NCBI GenBank assembly: GCA_028534125.1
Contig: CM052817.1
Location: 39,246,001-39,310,000 of the forward strand
Reading direction: 5' to 3'
From: Lama glama
Taxonomy: Eukaryota
DNA length: 64,000 bases
The notes below the pieces were generated by a model, which saw only the letters and a program-made list of their open reading frames with translations, did not search any database and was not told the origin of the DNA. Position 1 is the first letter of the stretch; each line of letters begins with the position of its first letter. The position numbers were made by a program, and so were the translations under genes. This document shows positions 1 through 10,460 of this stretch, piece after piece.

Positions 1-390
1 AACTAATGGGAACAGATTGCCTGCTTAAGTAAAGAGAGTATTTATCGGAAGAATATTGAACAGCTGGCAGGCTGAAGAGGCAATCTCAATCCAGGTATGA
101 AAGGAGCTCTGGCAATTCAAGATGGGAGGCAGAGGTCTAGGAAGAGGGCATTCTCCAATAGTCTTCCCAGGGTGCTTCTCGTACAATGGCTTAGTTCAAA
201 CCATTTTCGGTCTTATTAGTACTTTGTTTAAGATTCAAATTCCAGGGGCTGAACAACTGAATAGCCTACCCAGGAGAGGATAGAGAACCACTCGGGCTCA
301 CTGGGGAACTATCCTTTCCACCTAAGATACCAGGAAGTCACTACCAGAATGGGTGGAATGGATCCTCGTCAGCAGAAGGGCACCACCTCA
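1..390 (-). mobile_element. Decayed MLT1 (MLT1J/K/L-like) ERVL-MaLR LTR fragment
   Basis: Resembles old MLT1 LTR motifs (cttaagtaaagagagtatttatcggaag...agattcaaattccagg); strand and subfamily uncertain. Confidence 0.45.
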
Positions 391-879
391 CCATTACATT
401 TATTATTGTTACGAATACTACTCGCCATGATCGTCTTTGTCCTCAATTGCTAGAAGGTTGAAGGAGATCAATGCCTGAGACCTAGCTCTAAAGTGTCCTA
501 TGAGCACTCAGGGCTAAGATGGAATTTATGGCTGTGCATGAGTCGAACAGCGAGAAGTCCCTGGACAGAAGTAGAGATATTTCAGAAATGGACCAGTTTG
601 GGATTCCTGTTCATGTGTGACGAGACATGGAAAACTAGGACTGTCTTTCCTAATAGAGAACAATCGGTCAGTATACATTCCTGGGTTTCTCCAAAGGGTT
701 TTGTGGCTTCCTCTGGGATCTCTGCCAACAAGATGAGAAGAGTCTCTTTTTTTTTTTCCTTGTTAGATGAGGTCTGTTTCACCAAACATTTTACCTTGTT
801 CCTAGCCAGTGTCTCCATATTAGTTTCTTATTCCTTCTTTGCAGTACCTGTAAAAATCACTTCAATTTTCTGATCTTTG

Positions 880-1300
880 TTGTCATTTACTTAGGCAGTC
901 AGTGAGTGTGCCCCAGGCACTTTGAATATGGCTATAGAAAAGACAGGACAAAAGAGATGCCCATCCTTTGAAGCTTAATAAGGAAAACATATTAAACAAA
1001 TACGATGCAAAGTATCACAGTTTTGATTAAAGTGCCATGAAGGAGACATGCAGGGTGTGATGACAGTGTATATACAGTGCGAGCCTAACTTAAACATGGA
1101 GGGCCAGGGAAGACTTCATCAGGGCTAGGGGTCAAGGTGAGACGTTAGGTTGCGTAGGAGTTAGCTGGGTTGAGAGTGTGGGTGAAGGCAGTAGAGGAGT
1201 GGGGGACAGGAACAAGTACGAGGGCCAGGAGGCGGGAAGAGGCTCAGCCCTCTGGAGAAATCTTAAGAAGACTAGGGTTCCTGGATTACAGTGAGTGGAA
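880..1300 (-). mobile_element. L2 LINE 3' fragment
   Basis: Typical antisense L2 motifs (tgtgccccaggcact...aagtgccatgaaggaga...cagggaagacttc...gtaggagttagctggg). Confidence 0.7.
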
Positions 1301-2719
1301 GAGATTGTTGAGAAAGGGGATTTCCTTTCCTTTGTCCCATGATGGAGACAACAGCTTTCAATATTTGAAGGTGTTTCAGCTTACCAAGTCTGCCAGTGTT
1401 GACACCTTTTAGGAAGGGGGTGGAGGGAGCGAAGAGAAGTACTGAAAGAAGGGAATGCTGGTTAGTTGTGGTGCGTCTCCTTAAGGGTGTTGGAAACCAC
1501 CATTCTGCCTGCCTCTTTCCAACTCAGTGTTCCTCCTCTTAAGTTTCGGCGACTAATCAGAGATGCAGATAACATCCAATGTTGGCGCTGTCCTCACCCT
1601 TTAAAAACCCATTTGAAGATGGGTTGTTTTTTTTTTCCCTCTGTTGAATGCTTAGAAAATTTTCAGTAAAACAAGTCAGTCCGAGCGGGGAACGCCATGA
1701 GTGAGCATAGTTCTTCTGGCCCAGGGTTTCCAGTTTAGCGGGCCAACTCTCACTTGTCATATTGAATCCTTTATTACAACAAAATATTATTTTAAAGCTG
1801 CACTAACAGTAATTAGAAGCAATTGAGTTTTATCAACTAACACAAACTGTGGGATTTCGAACTTGGATTTTAGCTGGTATTTTAATGAAGTGTGTGTTAA
1901 CAACCCCAAATCTTCTGTCAGCCCAGCAGCTGAGTTGCATATACAGACCTCGGGTGGAGGGACCATGTGTTAACACTCAGAGGCGTCAGGCTCCGCGCTG
2001 GCTCCGGGCACCCGCGCTTCACAGAGCCCTCTCTCTGGCCCGTTTTATTTTCTCCCTCTCCTCATGAGTATTCTGATAGTCCTCACACTGGTTCCTATAC
2101 AACTTTGGAATTAAAGTAATTGTTCCCATGCTCACATTTTGATAATAGATATTTAGAGAGGAGTAATGATGACTTACAATTGCTCTGTGTTCAACTGTCT
2201 CATTCAGCCTGAGATGCTAAAAGGACTCACGCTCCAGAATATTACAACTTATTTAATAAGAGGTAGGAGGTTGAGAAAAGAAGAGAAAGGAGAAGGATGC
2301 TACCTGATTTGAGAGGAACATTTTCAGTGGAATATATGTCTGGAGGAAGCAGAGTGGCTTCTTTTTTTTAAAGAAAACCCTCTAAATCTTGGCCAAAGTC
2401 TTTTCCATTGGACATTTTCAAAGCATAACCAGATTTACTCAAAAAGCTCACACAATCAAAGCCAGAGTCTTACGAATCACCATGGCAGAGTGGAGCCTTT
2501 TAAGAGATGACAGGAACCCTCCTCCTGGGACAAAACCTAGACCAGAGAAAAGTGGATCTAATTTTTGTAAACAGATTTTACCTAATCAGCATACAATTCA
2601 GATAAAAGCTAGTAGTTTTAACTTTGTATCATCTCTTCCTGTTCTGACCAATGCCAGAAAATGTACAGAGTTAGTAGACGCCATTTGCCTAAAGAGGATA
2701 ATACAGTTGTCCACTTTAT

Positions 2720-3091
2720 GTTGGGTTTTATCCCAGAGAGGGAAACTGCCCAGGGCTTCTCTGATGCCCATGGGAAGCTGCTCACCCTTGTGCTTACACA
2801 GCCTGCAAGTGTGAGGGTGTTGACCAACAAGGAATGTGATCCGGTGGATACATGCTCCCCCATTTCATATCTGGGCTGACAGACTGGAGACAAATTTTAT
2901 GACTCCTCAGATGGTCCCATGGACTTGAGAACAGGTAGCCTTTCTTGCTGTGGCCAATACAATAATACATCGTTGGGTGGATTTTTCTTCCTTCCCTGTC
3001 CACTCACTGTAACACACCTGATCCCTGGAGTTACATTCTTAATAAATTACCTGTCTCAGGCTCTCCTTGCAGGGGACCTCAGGCTGAGACA
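2720..3091 (+). mobile_element. LTR16-family (ERVL) 5' LTR
   Basis: LTR16-like 3' half with AATAAA-type signal (ttaataaattacctg), ending gggacctcaggctgagaca and immediately followed by a PBS. Confidence 0.65.
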
Positions 3092-4620
3092 GTTGGTACC
3101 AGGAGAGTTGCCAGAATGCAGACCTTTAGGATGAGACCTTGAGCTGAATCCCTCACCTCATTGTGCAGAAACCCCATTGCTGATGATAAGGGAGTGGTGT
3201 AACATGTTGCAGCATCACAGGGACTAAGATGCTCACCTCCAATGGATAGAGATGAGGTGCAGGCTGGTTTAGGCGGTGGCACTCGAGTGTTAGATGGGCT
3301 ATGGTAATCATGAGGACTGTAGTTAGTTGGCATTTGTTAAATCCTTTAAAAGCCCTGAAAAGAAAATAACAGGTATGATATGGAAAATCAGAGGACCTCT
3401 GTGGTGATGCTTAAGGAGACCCATGTCTTCTTCAGCCACTGAAGATCAAGTTCAGGACCTAATTGTAAGGGAGCTGAATGGCAAAGAACACCAAGTGCAT
3501 GGTTTTCACGAGTCTTACATGACAAAATCAGGACCTTATAGTAAAAGGGCAGGATCTTGACCTTTGACATGGGGATATTTGGGCAGGGAAGCCTGAAAAT
3601 CTTAGATCTTAGATTCTCCTGAATCCTTCAGTCTGGCAGAAGCTGCCCCTCTCCTCTTACAAGAGGAGAACAGTTGCCCCAGTTTCCCTTTGCCTGGAGA
3701 CCCTGCAAAGATGTCATGTGAAGCAGGTATCTCACAAGATGCCATTGCCCTGTCCATGATCTGCCCTTGTGCCCCCTCGTTGCCTCCAGACCAAAAAAGA
3801 GGGTTAGGTTTTGGCACAGCTCAAACAGGGAAATGGTCTCTATTTTGTGAGGAAGTGTTTGAAACATCAAAGATCTGTATATCCTGGCTTGTGTTCATGG
3901 ACAGGAACCTAAATAACATTTGTGGGAGCAGATATCTTGTGGGACGAAGGTCAGGGGAAACGGGTATAGGCGAAAGCTGGGGAGAGGATAATGTACTGAC
4001 TTGGGAGCCCTTGTCCACGACTCAAAGTTCAGGGAACTGGCAAAGACATGGGGAACTGGTCCTACTGTGACCCTGGATGGCTCCTTGATGCTTGGACATG
4101 GTGACAAGGTGAGGACACTGGACTGCCTTAGCAGAATGTGGTAGGAGGAGGGAGTGTTAGAATGGATTGATGTGTGAGAACAGAGCCCACCACCACCCAA
4201 CTCTGTTTCCACGGAGGACACTGCCTTTACCGAGGCAGAGTGGAATTCCCTGGTCAGAGATCTTTGGCATCTCTGAGAGGCTCACTGGTAGCTTCATTTG
4301 CAGGCTACATGAACAATACAAGATGCTACCATGAAATGAAGGCTGGTGAAAACATTTAACCACCTTAAGCATGGTTAATTATCCTATCAGGCGGTAACGC
4401 CAGAGTGGCTGGCAGGATAGCCGAACCCAGAGGTCTGGGATGATGGCTAATAGATCATGGCAGGTAATGTGTTAGATGCCTGGGTATCAATGGACTTGTG
4501 TAATTGAAGCTAATTGATAAGTGGTGATCAAAATCCTGGCATCAGTCATGACAGTGGAAAGTTGCAGACACCGTTCCCAGACCATGGGCCATGGACATTT
4601 ACACTCTGGGAGGTCTCTTG
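3092..4620 (+). mobile_element. ERVL internal remnant (ERV3-16A3_I-like), degenerate gag-related region
   Basis: PBS TGGTACCAGGAG at 3094-3105 is complementary to a tRNA-Leu 3' end; 3995-4080 reads TDLGALVHDSKFRELAKTWG, resembling an ERVL gag motif (IDMGxLSxDSxFN); multiple stops and frameshifts; no 3' LTR seen. Confidence 0.65.
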
Positions 4621-4744
4621 GCAGCCAGCTGTCTTTCCCTTAGAAACATCCCATCTGCAGCTTTTTCCCTTTAAAAGTTGAAAATCATGAAGGGGGATGA
4701 GTTTCTTGGGCTCTAACAGCTTACTCAGATCCAGTACAGGCTTT

Positions 4745-4852
4745 AACTCAGGTTGAAAAGTGAATAGCATCAACTTCACCTGGGAGTTTAATAGAAATGC
4801 ACAGTCATCATTTTAACAAGATCCTCTAGATTATTCAATTGAGAAGTATTGA
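4745..4852. mobile_element. MER5-like hAT-Charlie remnant
   Basis: tcacctgggagtttaatagaaatgca...cattttaacaagatcctctagattattc...gagaagtattg resembles an internally deleted MER5. Confidence 0.5.
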
Positions 4853-4999
4853 CTTTGGGAGGGTGTGGGGAGAGGGGAGAGAGAGGAAGAGGAGAAGGGA
4901 AGCCAAGAGATCTGCTTCAGCCACTGTGTGGTGTGGGTGTGAGATGACGGTGGAGCAGAGTTAAAATAAACACTGGGGAGATGCTGTAGGTGTGTCTCT

Positions 5000-5870
5000 G
5001 AATGGTTTGGAACAAGGAATTAAAATGACCCAGATGGCAAAATGTACAGGTAGAAATTTCCCCAAGTCACACAAAAAAGAAAGAAAATGTGAATGCCTTG
5101 AAAAACATTGAAAAAAAATTTTAATTACAGAAACCCCAAATTTAATGAGATATATTTTAACCTATCAAAAATTTTTTTAATTGATTCTCATTGTAACCAC
5201 TCATACATCACTGATGAGGTATAAATTGTTACTATACACATATATAGAAAACTTTTATGGTCTGTATTAAGATCATGTGAATGTTCAGATATTATGTCCT
5301 TAATTTCATATCCAGGAATATTTCCTAAGGCAATTATCTGAAATGTGAACAAGAATTCTTATGTACAAGTTATCATCATTGGTAACTTTTACAGAGTGCT
5401 TACTATATACCAGGCAATGTGCTAAACTCTTTACACAGTGTATTTAATTCAATGTTCACAGCAACATAATGCTATAGGTATTTTTTTATATTATATCCAT
5501 TAACAAATAATGAAATTGAGGCCCAGAGGTTAATTAATTTCCCAAATTTACAAAGCTAGCAAGACATACAGGTTATCATGTCTCTTTAAGACATTAAAAA
5601 GATTGTGTTCATTAGAGTGGAATATTATGCAGCTGTTTAAAATAACAATCATAAAGAGCTTTGATGTAAGGCTATGTAAAAAATGTGAAATAGTACATTT
5701 TTGAATATGTAAAAAATGCAAAGGAAAAGTACTGCACGCACTATATTACATGTTATTAACAGAGTTATTCCAGGTGGTGGGATTTGAATGATTATTTTCT
5801 GATCTTTGTTGATCTTTCTCTACATTTTTCTTTTTTTTGCTACAAGCTTGCATTATTTTCACAAGGGAAA
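5000..5870 (+). mobile_element. Old L1 (L1ME-like) 3' fragments interrupted by a MIR
   Basis: L1ME-type motifs (ctcatacatcactgatgaggtataaattg; ggaatatttcctaagg; tggaatattatgcagctgtttaaa; ggtggtgggatt). Confidence 0.55.
5375..5565 (-). mobile_element. MIR SINE
   Basis: gagtgcttactatataccaggcaatgtgctaa...tgaaattgaggcccagaggttaa core. Confidence 0.75.
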
Positions 5871-6344
5871 AAACTAGTAGACATGGTTGTGCTTTTTCCT
5901 CCTTTATTCATCTAAAAGATGGGGCTACAGTTTGGAGGTTATAGTAAGCCAGCATGTCACAACTCATGAGGGAGATGTGTGGATTATTGAATCCATATCG
6001 TTAACCACTATTGATGAAACTAACCATGGTCCATGCTGTCAAGGTGGTGGGTTGTTCAGGATGTGGAGCTGCTTCTCTGTTCACTGTTACCAACCATTAA
6101 AGGCTTTATATATAGATAGATATTGACCTAGGTATAGATATATAGATATAGCCAGATTTATATGTACACACATAGATGCATATACTCTATATGGGTATGT
6201 ATATACATATACATATGCTATACACATTGTCATTATTGATAACTTATTGAGTGCTTTCTGTCTACCAGGCAATGTGATAAACTCTCTTTCTTTGAAATTA
6301 CTAATGCCAGTTTCTGACCTCACTGATTTTTCAAAATCTGTTTT

Positions 6345-6881
6345 NNNNNNNNNNNNNNNNNNNNNNNNNNNNNNNNNNNNNNNNNNNNNNNNNNNNNNNN
6401 NNNNNNNNNNNNNNNNNNNNNNNNNNNNNNNNNNNNNNNNNNNNNNNNNNNNNNNNNNNNNNNNNNNNNNNNNNNNNNNNNNNNNNNNNNNNNNNNNNNN
6501 NNNNNNNNNNNNNNNNNNNNNNNNNNNNNNNNNNNNNNNNNNNNNNNNNNNNNNNNNNNNNNNNNNNNNNNNNNNNNNNNNNNNNNNNNNNNNNNNNNNN
6601 NNNNNNNNNNNNNNNNNNNNNNNNNNNNNNNNNNNNNNNNNNNNNNNNNNNNNNNNNNNNNNNNNNNNNNNNNNNNNNNNNNNNNNNNNNNNNNNNNNNN
6701 NNNNNNNNNNNNNNNNNNNNNNNNNNNNNNNNNNNNNNNNNNNNNNNNNNNNNNNNNNNNNNNNNNNNNNNNNNNNNNNNNNNNNNNNNNNNNNNNNNNN
6801 NNNNNNNNNNNNNNNNNNNNNNNNNNNNNNNNNNNNNNNNNNNNNNNNNNNNNNNNNNNNNNNNNNNNNNNNNNNNNNNNN
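6345..6881. other. Assembly gap (537 N)
   Basis: Run of N. Confidence 0.99.
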
Positions 6882-7861
6882 CTGTCATTCAACCAATAAA
6901 ATTCTCTTATACAAAAAACTTCTACTCAACAAATTCTATCCCTCAGCTAAAACACAACTTGAGAAAATTCTGTCAGATGAAGAGCCCTTTAGAGAAAAAA
7001 ACTGACTGAAACAAAGATTTAGAACAAAAGCATTATGAACATGATCTGATGGATTTCAGCACCATCACAAAATATATTATTTAAGTAGGATGCCTTTTTT
7101 TTTTTGCTTTTCCCCAGTAAAATTATCATGGCCTTTTGTAGAGCACTTCAGAGGCTGTTAACTTCTCCCTCATTTACACACAGCTTCTCTCTCTTTCTGT
7201 CGTATTTTGCATCACTTAACCCAGTGGAGTGTTTTCAGACAAAGGCTGCCTGGAAGCTGGGGCCCACTTTGTGGCTCTGTGGCATTCATGGTCTGTATTG
7301 TTTTTGAAGACCATCTGCCTGTCATTTGTTTGCTGATTGAGTTAGTGCACCTAATAATTTTTTTTTTTTATTGGGCTGTGCTAGCCGATGTACCTTAGTG
7401 CAGCTACTCCTCGAGTTAGTTAGAAGCAGTCACGAAAGCAGATTATAAACAGAATAATAGCCTTTTTATACATGGTTTTCACAGTGGCTGCTGGCTGTGG
7501 TGCCAAACATGATGGTATTAGGGTTTCCCCTCTTTGTCGTGTAGATTTTCCCTGTAAGAACACTTTGAGTAATGAGCAATGTGGAAGTGAAGAGAGGAAG
7601 ACCAGCCGATGATCATGAGGACCAGAATGTGGGAGACCGTATATGCTGGAGTAGCCGGCATCACATTAGCTCCCTATCCCTTGCGTTATTTGGAAACAAA
7701 CCTCAGCAAGAGCCAGAGGGGCTTGGTCCTCTCTCTCTAGGCTTTACTTTGTGGGTGGAGAAGGTAGGGGCAGCAAAGTCTACCACAAAAGAAACCCCAA
7801 AGAGCCTTACTGTGTACAGGTAGAACAGTGGAGAAACAGGGTCGTCAAAACTGGACATCAC

Positions 7862-7889
7862 GTATAAATCAATAAAAAATGTTAAAAAA
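7862..7889 (+). mobile_element. Ultra-truncated young L1 tail (28 bp) with 15-bp TSD
   Basis: aaaactggacatcac at 7847-7861 and 7890-7904 flanks gtataaatcaataaaaaatgttaaaaaa, which matches the extreme 3' end of the L1 at 29059-29199. Confidence 0.85.
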
Positions 7890-8309
7890 AAAACTGGACA
7901 TCACATAACTGAACAGCAAGACCCAAATCTCCTTGGCTTGACACTGGTCCTCCCTCAGATAACTTCCTGTCTGTGGAAATGCTTCCTCCTAACCTTACCT
8001 CATGAGAATTCACCTCATCTTAAAGAAGAAGAGAACCTCCATGTTTAGGATGCTGTTAAGTCAATTGGAAGTATGTTCAAAGAGCATGAGAGCAAATCTC
8101 TTCTGGAAGAACCATGATGCAAAGGATTGTTTCACTTACCTCTGAACAATGAAGCTGCGTTTCCCCCCAGGAACATAAACTACAGTGACAGACTTCAGTT
8201 TTGCAGGGCAGACTTAATTTGTGAACATTTGTAATAAGTGAGAAAGTCTGCATTATAAAGACCTGCTTATTCTCCTTTGGAAACAAATAGCTTCTGCTTT
8301 CGTGAGTGA

Positions 8310-8344
8310 AAAACAAAACAAAACAAAACAAAACAAAACAAAAC
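8310..8344. repeat. (CAAAA)n microsatellite
   Basis: About 6-7 tandem CAAAA units. Confidence 0.95.
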
Positions 8345-9334
8345 TGGAGAGCGCAGTAACTGCTTTGTGAATCACTCTTGTAATTGTGCATGTGAGTTAC
8401 TAGCTCATTTTCCCCCCATAGTCTTTGGCCTTTGCACCATGCTAATTTCAAACCCCAAATAGCAGTGTGCTCGCTTTGATCTTGGTGTAAGGACAGTGTG
8501 TGTATTGCTGAGGGTGGTGGGGTGGAAGTGATGGCAGTGTGGATGTGGGTGGGGGAAGATTTGGGAGAGATGGGATCACTTGGCACATGAACAGAAAGAA
8601 GGAAGAACAGGAGTTGCTGAGAACCTCCCATCATTCAAAATCAGTGATCCTTTTCGTCTCTCCACTTGATGAACATTAACAAAATATTTTAATACTACTC
8701 CCTGGCTTTGTTCAGATTCTGAACCTATGTGTTAGTGATTTTCCAGAGCTTATCTGATACTGAAGCTTTTCAGAGATTTTGTTTCTTCCTTTTGGGATTA
8801 CTGAGGAATTCTGGGGAGATCGCACCATGATGGGCAACCTGTGGGGTAGAGGAGAGAGTGTCGCAGGGTCAGTTTTGTGTGATTCTTGGTTACTTGCATT
8901 CTCTGCATCTGAAAGGTTTCAGTGAAACCAGATGTCTGCCCAGATGCACTTGCGCTGGAAGAGGTGCAGCCCCTCAACCTCAGGAGGGTTCCTCCTGCCG
9001 TATGTCTTCCTGCAACCCACTGACGTTTGAATTCTTATACCTGGAGATTGGTTCTCTAGTCAGTTTTGTCTTTTGTTAAAGTGCACGGCTCTGGGAGTAT
9101 TTTCACGTATAACCCCATCAGTCCTTTGGGCCTAGAGGTGAATTCCTTTGGGGACATAGCCCTGAATTTTATGAGGGGCGTGTATGATTTCATGAGCACA
9201 CTGAAGCTTAAGGAAATGGGAGCTAGCCTTAGGGAGGGGAACGAGCCATGGCCCAAGAATGAGAAGGTGCTAAGATTGAGCAGACAACTTGAAAGCCTGC
9301 TCTCCCTTCCCATTAAGACCTAAAAGGGATTTTT

Positions 9335-9473
9335 TTTTTTAATTTGGGAGAGGGACAGTAATTAGGTTTATATTTATTTATTTATTTATTTTAATGGAGG
9401 TACTGGGGATTGGGCCCAGGACCTCATACACGCTAAGCATGTGCTCCACCACTAAGCTATACCCTCCTCATGT
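9335..9473 (-). mobile_element. tRNA-derived camelid SINE (Vic-1-like) with 19-bp TSD
   Basis: Minus strand: gagggtatagcttagtgg (A box)...gggcccaatcccc (degenerate B box), then (TAAA)n, aaacctaattac and poly(A); TSD agacctaaaagggattttt at 9316-9334 and 9474-9492. Confidence 0.9.
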
Positions 9474-10204
9474 AGACCTAAAAGGGATTTTTAACTCCAG
9501 TTCATCTTTGGGACCTATTGCCAAGTCAGCCCAAAGGAACATTTCAACCACGATCACTTTCTGAATTGGTTATGACTTTCTTTCTTCACAAAATCTGCAT
9601 CCTGACCTAGTTATACTGGCAGGTGACTCAGAGGCAGATGTGTCCAGAAAGACAGCCAAACACAATAAACTCTTCCCTCCCTTGCTGGCTTCTCCCCAGA
9701 TGCCTCATCCCGACCAGGGCTGCTCCGGCTGCCTCCCCTTGCAGACACTCAGCAGTCACCACTGCACCAGGACATATCAAGTTAGAGGCCCGCTCCCTTC
9801 TCCATCTCCCACCCAGCTCTCCTTTTCAGCTTTATGTTGCAGGGATTTAATTCTGAGCAGGATTTAAATAAAATCAGAATCTGTCTGGGCCGGAGGAGAT
9901 GTGTTTGCTCGGAAATGGAATTCGTCATCTGGGTCACTTGCTAGTTAGCCCCGTCTCCCTCCAGTGCTGGGACCCAGGAAAATTATATGCTCACTGCACA
10001 CCCTCCCAAACCATTCATGCACTTCCCAGGGTGAGAAGTTGGGGGCCGTGTTGGTAGTTGGAGGGAGGAACAAAGCTCCTTTCTCCTTGCCAAATTTGAT
10101 GACTAACTTGAATACTTTTTGGCTTTGAAGCATCTCTATATTTTAGGCAAAAATAATTTTTTTCAAGTTGACATTAAAAATTAACAATAGCACCTATTTT
10201 AGGT

Positions 10205-10460
10205 GGGGCACATTTGCTTGTAAGGAACCAAGTCCCCCACAAAAAGGCTTAAGGAAAGAAAGGATTTATTAAAAGAGTATCAGGGACTATTATAGAAGCC
10301 AAGAGCAGGGACTGGAGGCAGGGTTAAGGAGAGGTGGAAACCGTCAGGCAGCCCCTCTCTGCAGGTCTCTTACTCTGCTTTTCTCTGCCACGTCTGTTCT
10401 CCTTTCATCTCTGCAAACTTGCTTCTTTGCAGTCTTCCTATCCATAATTTATGTGATGCA
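10205..10460 (-). mobile_element. Decayed MLT1 LTR fragment
   Basis: ggcttaaggaaagaaaggatttattaaaag...tctcttactctgcttttctctg; same style and orientation as 1-390. Confidence 0.45.

Noticed and set aside
6247-7005. Long ORFs (252, 190 and 185 aa), and similar ORFs at 38012, 39570, 45147 and 54920
   Set aside because: Their length comes from N-runs translated as X; they are assembly-gap artefacts
7478-7489. TTCACAGTGGCT, identical to the first 12 nt of miR-27
   Set aside because: The match stops after 12 nt and no hairpin precursor is present; chance match
8077-8634. 185-aa minus-strand ORF and a strong minus-strand splice donor (gag|gtaagt) near 8140
   Set aside because: The ORF runs through a (CAAAA)n microsatellite, has no recognisable homology, and has no convincing paired acceptor
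9335-9473. tRNA gene-like A/B boxes
   Set aside because: The AT-rich tail, poly(A) and TSD show it is a SINE rather than a tRNA gene
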